Below are positions 9,337-22,038 of a stretch of DNA of 64,000 bases, one piece after another. Position numbers and translations under genes: made by a program. Within the stretch, counting starts at the first letter, position 1. Each line of letters begins with the position of its first letter. Origin of the DNA: an uncultured Thiohalocapsa sp. Its GTDB lineage: Bacteria; Pseudomonadota; Gammaproteobacteria; Chromatiales; Chromatiaceae. The stretch spans positions 2,320-66,319 of the forward strand of contig NZ_CAJXWY010000016.1 of assembly GCF_913062725.1 (NCBI RefSeq), written 5' to 3'. The notes below the pieces were generated by a model. That model saw only the letters and a program-made list of their open reading frames with translations, did not search any database and was not told where the DNA came from.

Positions 9337-9810
9337 TCAGCCCCCGCCGGCGGCCACGGCTTGCTCGGCCTGGAGCTTGGCGTGGATGAAAACATTGTGC
9401 GGCACATAGAGTAGCTCGGAGAGCTTGCGGACTAAATACTCTTCGTAGCAGCCCAGACGCTCGTCGGCATAGGCGACCTGCCATAAGGCAGACACCAGGC
9501 GCGCCTTGTCCTCGGGCCCGTAATGCTCGTTGATCAGCGAGGTGAACTGGAAATAGTCAGTCGATGCGCTGCGCTCGGCCTCGGCGCAGCCCAGCAAGGC
9601 TTCGGCTTGGGAGTAGGTCATGCCGAAGCACTCGCGCACCAGGGACATGACCGTTTCACGCTCGATGGCCTGGGGCTCCTCCGACATATGCGTCATCTCG
9701 AGCAGCAGCGCTGCGGCCGCACGGCGCACGGCCTGCTCTGCGGCCTCGGGGGCGCGCTCGCTGGGACGAGACAGGTGGGTATTGAAAAAAGTACGAATGC
9801 TGTTGAGCAT
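9337..9810 (-). CDS. TerB family tellurite-resistance-like protein
   Basis: AAAALLLEM; DYFQFTSLINEHY; LWQVAYADERL..EEYLVRKLSELLYVPH. Confidence 0.85.
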   Translation of the reverse strand: MLNSIRTFFNTHLSRPSERAPEAAEQAVRRAAAALLLEMTHMSEEPQAIERETVMSLVRECFGMTYSQAEALLGCAEAERSASTDYFQFTSLINEHYGPEDKARLVSALWQVAYADERLGCYEEYLVRKLSELLYVPHNVFIHAKLQAEQAVAAGGG

Positions 9811-9899
9811 GGTGATTTGTGTCCTGTTCGCGCCTCGGTATCTCGGCGTTGCGAGGGGCCTCGGCGGGCCCGGAGTCGACTTAGATGGGGGCGGCGGCG

Positions 9900-10505
9900 T
9901 CAGCTTTCCGTAGCCGCCGCGGGTGCACGCCCGGGGCGCAACGCCTGACCGCAGGCGCGGCAACGATAGCGGGCACCGCGCAGGATGCGGTTGTGGCGAA
10001 TGCTCGTGAGTGCATGCTCGCCGCACTGGCAGTGATACGGATGACGCCGCAGGCGTCTCGTCGTCAGCCCGGCGACATCGAAATCGTGGCAGCGTCGGGG
10101 ATCGGCGCCGAGTGCGCGCATGAGCTGCTGCCACTGCGGGCCGTGCGGGCGGATGTGGCAGCCGAAGCGCAGATAAGCCAGGTAATGGGCAACTTCGTGC
10201 GGCACCGTCTGGGCCAGGAACTGCGCCTCTTCGCGTGCCAGCAACGCGCAGTTGTAGCGAATACTGGCCTCGCCGCCGTCCACCCGGAATTGGCCCGCCG
10301 AGCGGCCGCGCAGATCAAAAGTGATCCGTGGGCGCGGGACGGGTCGCGCGATGAGCGTGCTGCCGGCGGCCAGCAGCGCCGTGGTCTGCGCCAGGGCGCG
10401 CTCCCGCGCGGCTTCGCCAGCGTCGGCCTGCGTGCCGACCGCAGCGGGTGTTGCCCGCCCGGCGTCGGGGCTGGCATCGGGGGTTGGCACGCACGAGATC
10501 GTCAT
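9900..10505 (-). CDS. sprT: SprT family zinc metalloprotease
   Basis: FDLRGRSAG; TVPHEVAH (HExxH); PHGPQWQQLM; C-terminal CxC...CxxC zinc ribbon. Confidence 0.88.
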   Translation of the reverse strand: MTISCVPTPDASPDAGRATPAAVGTQADAGEAARERALAQTTALLAAGSTLIARPVPRPRITFDLRGRSAGQFRVDGGEASIRYNCALLAREEAQFLAQTVPHEVAHYLAYLRFGCHIRPHGPQWQQLMRALGADPRRCHDFDVAGLTTRRLRRHPYHCQCGEHALTSIRHNRILRGARYRCRACGQALRPGRAPAAATES

Positions 10506-10637
10506 GGCACGGATTACACGGGAATCCATGCGCTCTGTCCAGACGGCGCGCTCAGGATGCCGGCGTGGTCGCGTCGATCGAGCCGGCCCGCATGCCTGGC
10601 GGGTCGAGCGGCGGATGTGCTGAAGTTGGCGTGCACC

Positions 10638-10666
10638 TTGCGGAAAGTGCGGAGTCGGGGTACTAT
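10638..10666 (+). promoter_or_regulatory. Sigma70-type promoter for the rimP-nusA-infB operon
   Basis: TTGCGG-N17-TACTAT. Confidence 0.65.
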
Positions 10667-10811
10667 TCCGCGGCTTGGGCACCAGACCCCCAGGTCGCGT
10701 CCGAGCAGCGCCACAGGCATTGCCGACGGTCGGCCAAAGGTGCGGTGATGCTGGTCTGCGCCGCTCGCGGAGGCTGACACCGCCTGCTCGACAGGTTCGG
10801 GCACAAACGAT

Positions 10812-10836
10812 TGGGCCGCCGGCCCATTTTTTGTTT
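10812..10836 (+). terminator. rimP-leader intrinsic terminator/attenuator
   Basis: TGGGCC-GCC-GGCCCA hairpin followed by TTTTTTGTTT upstream of rimP, the known position of the rimP leader. Confidence 0.7.
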
Positions 10837-11002
10837 CTGGTGAAACGCAAAACGCCGTGCGTGGTCAATGGCCGGCGGTCACGCCAGCGGCGACCGGCAC
10901 GTCGCGGCGGCGCATGCCATCGATCCATGGGGCCCGGCAGCCGCTCACACGGACACCTGCACGGCAGGCTAAGAGGTATTTCCCGACGGCGTCGGGCACA
11001 GC

Positions 11003-11452
11003 ATGAAAGGCGTTCAATCTCAGCTCCGCGATCTCGTCTGCTCCGTGGTGGAGCCCATGGGCTACGAATGCGTCGGCGTCGAGCACGAGGCCGCCGCCGC
11101 AGTGCTTCGGGTCTATATCGACCATGCCGACGGCATCGGGCTCGATGATTGCGAGTCGGTGAGCCACCAGCTGAGCGGCGCCCTCGACGTCGCTGATCCC
11201 ATCGCCGGTCACTACGATCTGGAAGTGTCCTCGCCGGGTCTCGACCGACCGCTGTTCGCGCTCGAGCACTTCCAGCGCTTCACCGGCGCGCGGGTCCGCG
11301 TGCGGCTGGCCGAGAAGCTCGATGGACGCCGTCGATTCGATGGGCGCATCGCCGGCGTCGACGGCGAAACGGTGTGGCTCGACGCGGAGGGCGGGCGCCT
11401 TGCGCTGCCCTTCGCGCAGATTGAGTCGGCGCGGCTCGTGCCCGAATTCTGA
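11003..11452 (+). CDS. rimP: Ribosome maturation factor RimP
   Basis: LRVYID..GLDDCESVSHQLSGALDV.DPI..YDLEVSSPGLDRPLF; synteny. Confidence 0.96.
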   Translation: MKGVQSQLRDLVCSVVEPMGYECVGVEHEAAAAVLRVYIDHADGIGLDDCESVSHQLSGALDVADPIAGHYDLEVSSPGLDRPLFALEHFQRFTGARVRVRLAEKLDGRRRFDGRIAGVDGETVWLDAEGGRLALPFAQIESARLVPEF

Positions 11453-11467
11453 TTACCGGTTTACACT

Positions 11468-12970
11468 ATGAGTAAAGACATTTTGCTGGTGGTGGAGGCA
11501 GTCTCCAACGAAAAGGACGTGCCCAAGGAGATCATCTTCGAAGCCATGGAGGCCGCTTTGGCCTCAGCCACCCGCAAGAAGCACGGCGGCGACATCGAAG
11601 CGCGCGTCGCCATCGACCGCGAGAGCGGCGACTACGAAACCTTCCGGCGCTGGGAAATCGTCCCCGACACCGACGGCGAGCCGCTCGAGGCGCCTGAGCG
11701 CCAGATCACACTGTCCGCCGCGAAGGAGCTCGAGCCCGCGCTGGACCTCGGTGATTACATCGAAGAGCCCGTGGAATCCGTCCTGTTCGGGCGCATCGCT
11801 GCGCAAACCGCCAAGCAGGTCATCGTGCAGAAGGTGCGCGAGGCCGAGCGCGCCAAGGTGGTGGAGATGTTCCAGCACCGCCAGGGCGAGCTGGTGACGG
11901 GCATCGTCAAGAAGGCCGAGCGCGGCACCATCGTCCTGGATCTGGGTGGCAACGCCGAGGCGCTGGTACCACGGGACCAAATGATCCCGCGCGAGAACGT
12001 GCGGCCCAACGATCGGCTGCGCGGTCTGCTCTACGAGGTACGCTCCGAGCTGAAGGGCCCCCAGCTTTTCGTCAGCCGAACGGCGCCGCAGCTGCTGATC
12101 GAACTGTTCAAGCTGGAGGTGCCGGAGGTGGGCGAGGGCACCATCGAGATCCTCGCCGCAGCACGCGATCCCGGGTTGCGCGCCAAGATCGCCGTGCGCA
12201 CCAAGGATGCGCGCATCGATCCCGTCGGCGCCTGCGTCGGTATGCGGGGCTCGCGCGTGCAGGCGGTCTCCAACGAGCTCAACGGCGAGCGCGTGGACAT
12301 CATCCAGTGGGATGAGAATCCGGCGCAATTCGTCATCAACGCCATGTCGCCGGCGGATGTGGTCTCCATCGTGATCGACGAAGATGCCCGCAGCATGGAT
12401 GTGGCGGTGAAGGAGGACAATCTCTCCCAGGCCATCGGGCGCGGCGGCCAAAACGTGCGCCTGGCGAGCCAGCTCACGGGCTGGGAGCTCAACGTCATGA
12501 GCGAGGAGGACGCCGCCGCCAAGGGCGAGGAGGAGGCCCGGCGCATCGCCTCGCTGTTCATGGACCAGCTGCAAGTCGACGAGAACGTCGCCTTCGTGCT
12601 CGTCGAGGAGGGCTTCACGAGCATCGAAGAAGTGGCGTATGTGCCCACGGCGGAACTGCAGTCAATCGCCGAGTTCGATGACGAGATCATCGCCATCCTG
12701 CGCCAGCGTGCCAAGGACGTGCTGCTCACGCGCGCCATCACCGGCACCGACGACGACGAAGGCCAGCCGGCGACGGATTTGCTCAGCATGACGGGTATGG
12801 ATGACGAACTGGCCTACGCCCTGGCGCGGCGCGGCATCGCCTCGATGGAGGAGCTTGCCGAACAGTCTGTGGACGAGCTGATGGAGATCGAAGGCATGGA
12901 CGAAGAACGGGCCGCCCAACTCATCATGACCGCGCGCGAGCCCTGGTTCGCCGAGTCGGAACAGGCCTAG
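11468..12970 (+). CDS. nusA: Transcription termination/antitermination factor NusA
   Basis: [22 protein letters not shown]; [12 protein letters not shown]; [17 protein letters not shown]; [13 protein letters not shown]. Confidence 0.98.
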   Translation: MSKDILLVVEAVSNEKDVPKEIIFEAMEAALASATRKKHGGDIEARVAIDRESGDYETFRRWEIVPDTDGEPLEAPERQITLSAAKELEPALDLGDYIEEPVESVLFGRIAAQTAKQVIVQKVREAERAKVVEMFQHRQGELVTGIVKKAERGTIVLDLGGNAEALVPRDQMIPRENVRPNDRLRGLLYEVRSELKGPQLFVSRTAPQLLIELFKLEVPEVGEGTIEILAAARDPGLRAKIAVRTKDARIDPVGACVGMRGSRVQAVSNELNGERVDIIQWDENPAQFVINAMSPADVVSIVIDEDARSMDVAVKEDNLSQAIGRGGQNVRLASQLTGWELNVMSEEDAAAKGEEEARRIASLFMDQLQVDENVAFVLVEEGFTSIEEVAYVPTAELQSIAEFDDEIIAILRQRAKDVLLTRAITGTDDDEGQPATDLLSMTGMDDELAYALARRGIASMEELAEQSVDELMEIEGMDEERAAQLIMTAREPWFAESEQA

Positions 12971-12985
12971 CTTGCGGAGGTGTCT

Positions 12986-15787
12986 ATGAGCAGCGATGTA
13001 ACGGTCAAACAACTTGCCACCACGGTGAACATCCCGGTGGAGCGCCTGCTCGCCCAGCTGAATGAGGCCGGGATTCAGGCCGACGCCGCCGAGGCCACCA
13101 TCACGGAGCAGGAGAAGCTCCAGCTCCTGAACTATCTGCGCCGCAGTCACGCGAAAAAAGAAGCGCCCGAAGAGCCGGCGAAGCGTCAGGCGACGGTGCA
13201 CCGACGCGAGTCTCCGGATGCGCGCGCTCGCGGTGCGCAGACGCGCCCATCGCGACCGACGCTGAGCAGCCGCGGCGGTGGCGCCCAGCGCACGCAAAAG
13301 ACGGTCTCGGTGGAGGTCCGGCGCAAGCGCACGCAGCTGCGACGCGACGAGCCCAAGGCACCCGAGCCCCAGACGGCGCCGGCGCCCGCCGAGGCGGCGC
13401 CGAAGCCGGCGCCGGTGCCACAACCACCGCCACCACCCCAGCGCAAGCCGCAGCGCGGTGTCTCCGACGAGCAGCGACGCCGCACCCAGCTGGAAGCCCG
13501 CCGGGCCGAAGAAGACGCCCGCCGCCTGGCCGAGCAGGAGGAACAGGAACGCCTGCGCGCCGAAGAAGAGACACGCCGCCGCGCCGAGGAAGAGGCGCGC
13601 AAGCGCCGTGAGGCGGAGGTGCGGGCGCAGAGGCAAGAGCCGCAGCAGGCAACCATCGCTGCGGCTGCGCCGCCGAGTGAAGCACCCGGTGAAGCGCCCG
13701 GTGCCCCAGCCGCAGAGACAGCGCCTGCGCCTGCCGAGGGTGTCGGACAAGCACCGGCGGGCGCGGAAGCGGAGACGCACGAGCGCCATCGCAAGCACGT
13801 CAAAAAGCACGAAGAGCGCCCGGAGCGCGATAAGGAAAAGCCGGCGAAAAAGGTCGGCAAGAAGGATGCCGGCAAGGTCCGTCGCAGCACCGGCGGCCGG
13901 GTGGACGACGACGACGATGCCGCGGCGCTCGGTGTCATCACCCGGCCCTCCGTGCGCCGGCGCAAGAAGTCCGGCAAGCCCCAGCTGGCCGAGAGGCACC
14001 AGTTCAAGAAGCCCACGGCGCCGGTGGTGCGCGAGGTGGAAGTGCCGGAGTCCATCTCCGTCGCCGATCTCGCCCAGCGCATGTCCGTGAAGGCCGCGGA
14101 TCTGGTGAAGATGCTGTTCAAGCAGGGGATGATGGTCACCATCAACCAGATGCTCGACCGCGACACGGCGATGCTGCTGGTGGAGGAGATGGGCCACCGG
14201 GCCGTGGAGGCGCAGGACAAGAGCGCCGAGGACAGCCTGATGGAACTGCTCGGCGAGGAAACCGAGCAGGCCGAGAGCCTGCCGCGGCCGCCGGTGGTGA
14301 CCATCATGGGTCACGTGGACCACGGCAAGACCTCGCTGCTGGATTATATCCGCCGCACCCGGGTCACCGCCGGCGAGGCGGGTGGCATCACCCAGCACAT
14401 CGGCGCCTACCATGTGGAGACGGACAAGGGGATCATCTCGTTCCTCGACACGCCCGGCCACGCAGCCTTCTCGGCCATGCGCGCCCGGGGCGCCAAGGTG
14501 ACCGACATCGTCATCCTGGTGGTCGCCGCCGACGACGGCGTGATGCCGCAGACGATCGAGGCGATCCAGCACGCCAAAGTGTCGGGGGTGCCCATGGTGG
14601 TCGCCATCAACAAGATGGACAAGCCTGAGGCCAATCCAGATCGCGTGCTGCAGGAGCTGACCCAGCACGAGGTGGTCGCCGAGGATTGGGGGGGCGATAC
14701 CATCACCGTCAAGGTGTCCGCCAAGACCGGCGACGGCATCGATGACCTGCTCGACGCCGTGCTGCTGCAGGCGGAGGTGTTGGAGCTCAAAGCCCCCAAG
14801 GACAGCCCGGCACACGGCACCATCGTCGAGTCCAGTGTGGAGAAAGGCCGCGGTCCGGTGGCCACGGTGCTGGTGCAGTCCGGCACGCTGCATCAGGGCG
14901 ATACCATCGTCAGCGGCTCCGAGTATGGCCGCGTGCGCGCCATGTTCAACGAGAACGGTGATCCGGTGCAGCAGGCGGGGCCTTCGATACCGGTGCAGGT
15001 GCTGGGGCTGTCGGCGGCACCCAATGCCGGTGATGATGTCATCGCCGTGGCGGACGAGCGCAAGGCCCGCGAGGTGGCAGAGCTGCGCGCCGAGCGCGAC
15101 CGCCAGTCGCGCATCGATCAGCAGGGCGCAGCCAACCTCGATCAGCTCTTCTCGCAGCTCAAGGAGAGCGCGGTCAAGTCGGTCAACATCATCCTCAAGG
15201 CGGATGTGCAGGGGAGCGTGGAGGCCTTGCGTGAGGCGCTGGTGAAGCTCTCCAACGACGAGGTGAAGGTGTCGGTGGTCGCCTCAGGTGTCGGCGGTAT
15301 CACCGAGTCCGACGCCAACCTGGCGGTGACCTCCAACGCCATTCTGCTGGGCTTCAATGTCCGCGCCGATGCGGCCGCGCGTCGGGTGGTGGAAAGCCAC
15401 GGCCTCGACCTGCGCTACTACTCGATCATCTACGAGCTGATCGACGATGTGAAGCAGGCCATCGTCGGCATGCTGAGCCCCATCGTCACGGAAGAGATCA
15501 TTGGTCTCGCCGAGGTTCGGGACGTCTTCCGCTCCTCCAAGTTCGGCGCCATCGCCGGCTGCATGGTGGTGGACGGCGTCATCAAGCGGAACAATCCGAT
15601 CCGCGTGCTGCGCAACAATGTCGTCGTCTACGAGGGTGCGCTGGAGTCGCTGCGCCGATACAAGGACGATGTCGCCGAGGTGAAGGCCGGCACCGAGTGC
15701 GGTATCGGTGTGAAGAACTACAACGACGTGCAGCCCGGTGACCAGATCGAGGTGTTCGAGCGCACCGAGCGGGCCCGCGAACTGTGA
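12986..15787 (+). CDS. infB: Translation initiation factor IF-2
   Basis: [20 protein letters not shown]; DTPGHAAF; NKMD; GGAGG RBS before ATG 12986. Confidence 0.98.
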   Translation: MSSDVTVKQLATTVNIPVERLLAQLNEAGIQADAAEATITEQEKLQLLNYLRRSHAKKEAPEEPAKRQATVHRRESPDARARGAQTRPSRPTLSSRGGGAQRTQKTVSVEVRRKRTQLRRDEPKAPEPQTAPAPAEAAPKPAPVPQPPPPPQRKPQRGVSDEQRRRTQLEARRAEEDARRLAEQEEQERLRAEEETRRRAEEEARKRREAEVRAQRQEPQQATIAAAAPPSEAPGEAPGAPAAETAPAPAEGVGQAPAGAEAETHERHRKHVKKHEERPERDKEKPAKKVGKKDAGKVRRSTGGRVDDDDDAAALGVITRPSVRRRKKSGKPQLAERHQFKKPTAPVVREVEVPESISVADLAQRMSVKAADLVKMLFKQGMMVTINQMLDRDTAMLLVEEMGHRAVEAQDKSAEDSLMELLGEETEQAESLPRPPVVTIMGHVDHGKTSLLDYIRRTRVTAGEAGGITQHIGAYHVETDKGIISFLDTPGHAAFSAMRARGAKVTDIVILVVAADDGVMPQTIEAIQHAKVSGVPMVVAINKMDKPEANPDRVLQELTQHEVVAEDWGGDTITVKVSAKTGDGIDDLLDAVLLQAEVLELKAPKDSPAHGTIVESSVEKGRGPVATVLVQSGTLHQGDTIVSGSEYGRVRAMFNENGDPVQQAGPSIPVQVLGLSAAPNAGDDVIAVADERKAREVAELRAERDRQSRIDQQGAANLDQLFSQLKESAVKSVNIILKADVQGSVEALREALVKLSNDEVKVSVVASGVGGITESDANLAVTSNAILLGFNVRADAAARRVVESHGLDLRYYSIIYELIDDVKQAIVGMLSPIVTEEIIGLAEVRDVFRSSKFGAIAGCMVVDGVIKRNNPIRVLRNNVVVYEGALESLRRYKDDVAEVKAGTECGIGVKNYNDVQPGDQIEVFERTERAREL

Positions 15788-16158
15788 GCGAGGGCGCGCG
15801 GGCCGAGCGGGTCGGGGCCGAGCTGCTGCGCGAGCTCTCGACCCTGCTGCGTACCGAGGTGCGGGACCCGCGCATCGGCCCGGTCACCCTGCAGGAAGTA
15901 CGGGTGAGCCGGGATCTGGCCCACGCCAAGATCTACTTCACTTGTTTCCCACTGGATGAATGCGACGAGACACAGACGCAGGTCCTCAACGGCACGCTGG
16001 CGGGCTTCCTGCGCCGCGCGTTGGCGCGGCGGGTACGCCTGCGCGCCGTGCCCGAGCTGCGCTTCATTCACGACACCTCCGTACGCGATGGTGAGCGCCT
16101 GAGTACGCTCATCGACAGCGTTGTGCCGCCGCCGGCGTCGGGCAACGGCGATTCCTGA
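15784..16158 (+). CDS. rbfA: Ribosome-binding factor A
   Basis: [24 protein letters not shown]; [13 protein letters not shown]; synteny. Confidence 0.95.
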   Translation: MSEGARAERVGAELLRELSTLLRTEVRDPRIGPVTLQEVRVSRDLAHAKIYFTCFPLDECDETQTQVLNGTLAGFLRRALARRVRLRAVPELRFIHDTSVRDGERLSTLIDSVVPPPASGNGDS

Positions 16159-16237
16159 AGCCCGACGACCCAAGGCATTCCACAGGCTCACGAACACAGT
16201 GCCGACCCGCCCTGCGCGCGTCGGGCGGATGTCCATT

Positions 16238-17152
16238 ATGGCGAGAAGACGCAAACAAGGCCGCCCCGTCGACGGCATCCTGCTGCTGGACAAGCCGAGC
16301 GGCCTGTCGTCGAACCAGGCGCTGCAACAGGTCAAGCGTCTGTACAAGGCGGCCAAGGCCGGCCACACGGGCAGTCTGGATCCCCTGGCGACGGGCCTGT
16401 TACCCCTGTGCCTGGGGCAGACCACCAAGTTCTCGTCCTTTTTGCTGGATGCGGATAAGCGCTATCGGGTGGGCGTCACCCTGGGGATCACCACCGACAG
16501 CGCCGATGCCGACGGCGAAGTGCTGCGGACCCGGCCCGTCGATGGCGTCGACGCCGATGCCGTGCGGGCCGTGCTGCCGCGCTTCACCGGGAGCATCGAG
16601 CAGTTGCCGCCCATGTACTCCGCGGTCAAGCACCAGGGGCAGCGGCTCTACAAGCTCGCCCGCGAGGGCAAGGAAGTGGAGCGTCAGCCGCGCACGGTGC
16701 AAATCTTCACGCTGGCGCTGACGGCGTTCACGCCGCCGACGCTCGAGCTGCTCGTGCATTGCTCCAAGGGCACCTATGTGCGCACCCTTGCAGAGGAGAT
16801 CGGCGAGGCGCTGGGTTGTGGGGCCCATGTGTCGGCGCTGCGGCGCACCGGCGTTGGACCCTATGTGGAGGGCGAGACCCGGTTCGTGACCATGGCCGAT
16901 GTGGAGGCCGCCGCCGAGCAAGGGCTGGCGGCGATGGATGCGTTGCTGCTGCCCCTCGACAGCGTCCTCGGCCATTGTCCGGCGGTGCGGCTGTCGGCGG
17001 ACGCCGCGTTCTACCTGCGCCAGGGACAGCCGGTGCTGGTGCCGCAGGCGCCCACCGAGGGGATGGTGCGCCTGTACGCCGGCGGTGATGCATTCATCGG
17101 GGTGGGCGTCATCCTCGACGACGGCCGCGTCCAGCCGAAGCGATTGATCTGA
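16238..17152 (+). CDS. truB: tRNA pseudouridine(55) synthase TruB
   Basis: GILLLDKPSGLSSN; KAGHTGSLDPLATG; PPMYSAVK; CSKGTYVRTL. Confidence 0.97.
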   Translation: MARRRKQGRPVDGILLLDKPSGLSSNQALQQVKRLYKAAKAGHTGSLDPLATGLLPLCLGQTTKFSSFLLDADKRYRVGVTLGITTDSADADGEVLRTRPVDGVDADAVRAVLPRFTGSIEQLPPMYSAVKHQGQRLYKLAREGKEVERQPRTVQIFTLALTAFTPPTLELLVHCSKGTYVRTLAEEIGEALGCGAHVSALRRTGVGPYVEGETRFVTMADVEAAAEQGLAAMDALLLPLDSVLGHCPAVRLSADAAFYLRQGQPVLVPQAPTEGMVRLYAGGDAFIGVGVILDDGRVQPKRLI

Positions 17153-17215
17153 CCGGCGATCCCGCTGCCGTGGTCGACGCTCGCCGGTGGCCTGCCACGC
17201 GACTGTCACAATCGG

Positions 17216-17244
17216 TTCAACTGGATCGGAAAGGCCGTTAACAT
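17216..17244 (+). promoter_or_regulatory. Sigma70-type promoter for rpsO
   Basis: TTCAAC-N17-TAACAT about 150 nt upstream of rpsO. Confidence 0.55.
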
Positions 17245-17391
17245 ACGCTCGCTTTACAAGTTCCCGGACGGCGAATGCCGGCCGGGAATCCCGGCGCCGC
17301 GATGGTGCGCCCTGGAGTCATTGCCGGGGGACACACGCGCTGCGCCGTCAACCAGGTGCCGCAGCCGGCGCCGCTCACCAGGAGCTCAGCA

Positions 17392-17661
17392 ATGACAGTG
17401 ACCACAGAGGACAAGCGCCGCATCGTCGAGGAGCACGGCAGCGGCCCCAGCGACACCGGCAGCACCGAGGTGCAGGTCGCACTGCTCACCGCGCGCATCA
17501 AGGATCTCACCGAGCACTTCAGTCAGCATAAGAAAGACCATCATTCCCGCCGCGGCCTGGTGCGGATGGTCAACTCCCGGCGCAAGCTGCTTGACTATCT
17601 CAAGCGCAAGGATCTCGATCGCTACCGGGCGCTGATTCAGAAGCTCGGACTACGCCGGTAA
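17392..17661 (+). CDS. rpsO: 30S ribosomal protein S15
   Basis: [41 protein letters not shown]. Confidence 0.98.
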   Translation: MTVTTEDKRRIVEEHGSGPSDTGSTEVQVALLTARIKDLTEHFSQHKKDHHSRRGLVRMVNSRRKLLDYLKRKDLDRYRALIQKLGLRR

Positions 17662-17664
17662 CCG

Positions 17665-17706
17665 CGCATCCTTATCCGGCGGCGTCCATCGGGCGCCGCG
17701 GATGCG
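17665..17706 (+). other. Stem-loop in the rpsO-pnp intergenic region (possible processing site or terminator)
   Basis: CGCATCC/GGATGCG outer stem enclosing GCGGCGTCC/GGGCGCCGC inner stem. Confidence 0.45.
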
Positions 17707-17830
17707 GCGGCCGGCGCCACCGGCTGCGACCGACGAATCGGTCCGCCGCAGCACAGCAGCCTCGCCGCCAGCAGACGCCGACCGCACCCCGTCAGGACAT
17801 CCTGAGGACCCATCCAGAGGACCCAACCCA

Positions 17831-19936
<2,106 letters not shown>

Positions 19937-20013
19937 GGCGTCCGACGCCCCCAAACCGCGCAAGGACGCGCAGAGCCTCCCACGCGATCTCGCCACCGGG
20001 TCCGCACGTCGGC

Positions 20014-20883
20014 ATGAGCACGATGTTCGTTGTCCTGGCGGCGCTCTGTTGGGGCCTGTCCGGCGGCATCGGCGGGATGCTCATGGCCGACGGCTGGGAT
20101 CCGTACGTGGTCTCTTTCTACCGCGGCGCCATCGGGCTGTTGTTCGTGCTCGTCTGGCTGGCGCTCATGCCCCGCGGCAGCGGACTCGCAAGCCGCCGAT
20201 TATGGCTCTGGTCGGCACTGGCCGGTGTTGGCGTCGCCGGCAATTTCGCCTTCTATTTCCTGAGCATCGCAGAGGGTAGCGTGGCGGTTGCGGCGACGCT
20301 GATGTACTGCGCGCCGGTGTTCGTCTACCTGGTGTCCTTCGCCCTCAAGCTCGAGCGACCCACCGCACTCAAATGGGCCGCAATCGCCGTGGTCATGGTC
20401 GGTGTGGTGCTGCTCACGCGCATTTATGAGACGGGTGCTGGCGGTGTCACGCCGATGGGTGTCGGCGCCGGGCTGCTGTCGGGCCTGTCGTACGCGGTCT
20501 TCATTTTCGGCTTCAAGTATGCGACATCCCATGGCAGCCCCCAGGCGATTCTCGCCATCGCCTTCGCGGTGCTCATGGCCATCCTCATCTGGCCGGGTGA
20601 TACCCAGCAGGCCGTTGCGGTGCTGAGCACGCCGAGCTGGCCGTTGTTCGCCGTGCTGGGTGTGCTCGGCGCAGGCCTGTCCTTCATGCTCTACATCGTC
20701 GGCCTGGCCCATACTGCCCCGGCCGCAGCCTCCATCATCGCAATGGTCGAGCCGGTCACCGCCTCCCTGTTCGGCGTCGTGGTCTTGCACGAGAGTCTGG
20801 CCGGTCTACAGATGCTGGGGATGGGATTGATCCTGCTCACGGTCACCGCGCTGAGCATCAGCGCGAGCGGTCGCTGGACATGA
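20014..20883 (+). CDS. EamA/DMT family transporter
   Basis: Ten-TM duplicated domain; LMYCAPVFV; IIAMVEPVTASLFG. Confidence 0.88.
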   Translation: MSTMFVVLAALCWGLSGGIGGMLMADGWDPYVVSFYRGAIGLLFVLVWLALMPRGSGLASRRLWLWSALAGVGVAGNFAFYFLSIAEGSVAVAATLMYCAPVFVYLVSFALKLERPTALKWAAIAVVMVGVVLLTRIYETGAGGVTPMGVGAGLLSGLSYAVFIFGFKYATSHGSPQAILAIAFAVLMAILIWPGDTQQAVAVLSTPSWPLFAVLGVLGAGLSFMLYIVGLAHTAPAAASIIAMVEPVTASLFGVVVLHESLAGLQMLGMGLILLTVTALSISASGRWT

Positions 20884-20985
20884 GCACGGCGCAGCACCGA
20901 CGAGAACGCGCAAGGACACCCATGCCGCTGGACGGATTGCCGGATTGGGCGCACACTGATGGATTAGATCTGCGAGCCGACGCGC

Positions 20986-21663
20986 TTGACTACCGCCACA
21001 GCCGGTTCCCTCCCGCCCGCCCAACCACCGCAAGAGCCCCCGCCCGGCCCACCCGAGCCCCCTGGCTCACCTGAACAGATCGCCGCCACCCTGGCCGAGC
21101 AGGGCTGGTGCGTGAGCGATGCCTTCGTGCCGCCACTGCTCGTCAGCCAGCTCCGACACGAAGCGCGGCAGGGTTGGGAAGCGGGCGAGTTTCGCCGCGC
21201 CGGCGTTGGCCGCGGCGCAGATCGTGAATTACGATCCGAGGTCCGTACCGATCGCATCCTCTGGCTGGAGGTCGGGGCGCTCTCAGGTGCCCAGCGGGCC
21301 CTTTGGGAGCGCCTGGAGGGGGTGCGCCTTGCGGTCAACCGGCGCCTGTTCCTGGGGTTGTATGAGCTGGAGGCCCACTTCGCGGTCTATCCGGCGGGTG
21401 CTTACTATCGCAAGCATCTGGATCAATTCCGCGGCATGGGCCGGCGCCGGCTGAGCTGCGTGCTTTACCTGAATCACGGCTGGCAGCCGGCGGATGGTGG
21501 TGCGCTTCGCATCTACACGGACGCCGCGGACACCGCCGCGTTCGTCGAGGTCCTGCCCCTTCACGGGCGCCTGGTGACGTTCTTGTCTGCGCGCTTCCTG
21601 CATGAAGTGCTGCCGGCGCGGCGCGAGCGTTTCAGCATCACGGGCTGGTTCCGTACCCGCTGA
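20986..21663 (+). CDS. 2OG-Fe(II) oxygenase, prolyl-hydroxylase (PHD/SM-20)-like
   Basis: VRTDRILWL; AVYPAGAYYRKHLD (HxD); SCVLYLN; FLHEVLPA; RFSITGWF. Confidence 0.85.
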   Translation: MTTATAGSLPPAQPPQEPPPGPPEPPGSPEQIAATLAEQGWCVSDAFVPPLLVSQLRHEARQGWEAGEFRRAGVGRGADRELRSEVRTDRILWLEVGALSGAQRALWERLEGVRLAVNRRLFLGLYELEAHFAVYPAGAYYRKHLDQFRGMGRRRLSCVLYLNHGWQPADGGALRIYTDAADTAAFVEVLPLHGRLVTFLSARFLHEVLPARRERFSITGWFRTR

Positions 21664-21735
21664 GACGCGGCCCGGCGGCAGGTGACTGTGGCCCGTGATG
21701 CCGACGACGACACCCGCGATCCACGGGCGCTCGGC

Positions 21736-21954
21736 TCAGAGCTTGGACTGCACGTCCTTCGGCAGCGCCTTCACGAGCAGACCCGTGACGACGGAGAAGG
21801 TGGCGGTGACAGCGGCGATCTTGGCCAGTTCCTGTGCCGGTGGCATGGTGAGCTTGAATTCGCCTTTGGCCTTGGCCTGACCCATGTTGTAGTGAATCAG
21901 GGCCTCGGTCATGAACACGCCGAAGGTGATGCCGGTGACGATCAGGTTACCCAC
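21736..21954 (-). CDS. 72-aa two-TM hypothetical membrane protein
   Basis: MGNLIVTGITFGVFMTEALIHYNMG...; strong GC3 bias; AGGAG RBS upstream; last gene of a co-oriented trio. Confidence 0.7.
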   Translation of the reverse strand: MGNLIVTGITFGVFMTEALIHYNMGQAKAKGEFKLTMPPAQELAKIAAVTATFSVVTGLLVKALPKDVQSKL

Positions 21955-22038
21955 GGGGCAATCGACTCCTGGTTGCGGGGTGATGCTCGAAAAGATAGCA
22001 CAGGGACTGAAGCGCGCCGCCCGGCGCCTGCGCGCAAT

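Noticed and set aside
10667-11002. Expected initiator tRNA-Met upstream of rimP
   Set aside because: No acceptor stem, TTC loop, CAT anticodon arm or CCA end is recognisable.
13260-13960. Pro/Ala/Glu/Arg-rich low-complexity stretch in infB
   Set aside because: Normal variable N-terminal linker of IF-2.
12662-14893. Long antisense ORFs (743 aa here; 734 aa opposite pnp; 919 aa opposite dabA; many others)
   Set aside because: Shadow frames of high-GC genuine genes, with no family motifs and biased composition.
20880-21074. 64-aa ORF between EamA and the 2OG oxygenase
   Set aside because: Overlaps the oxygenase out of frame; no motif or RBS support.
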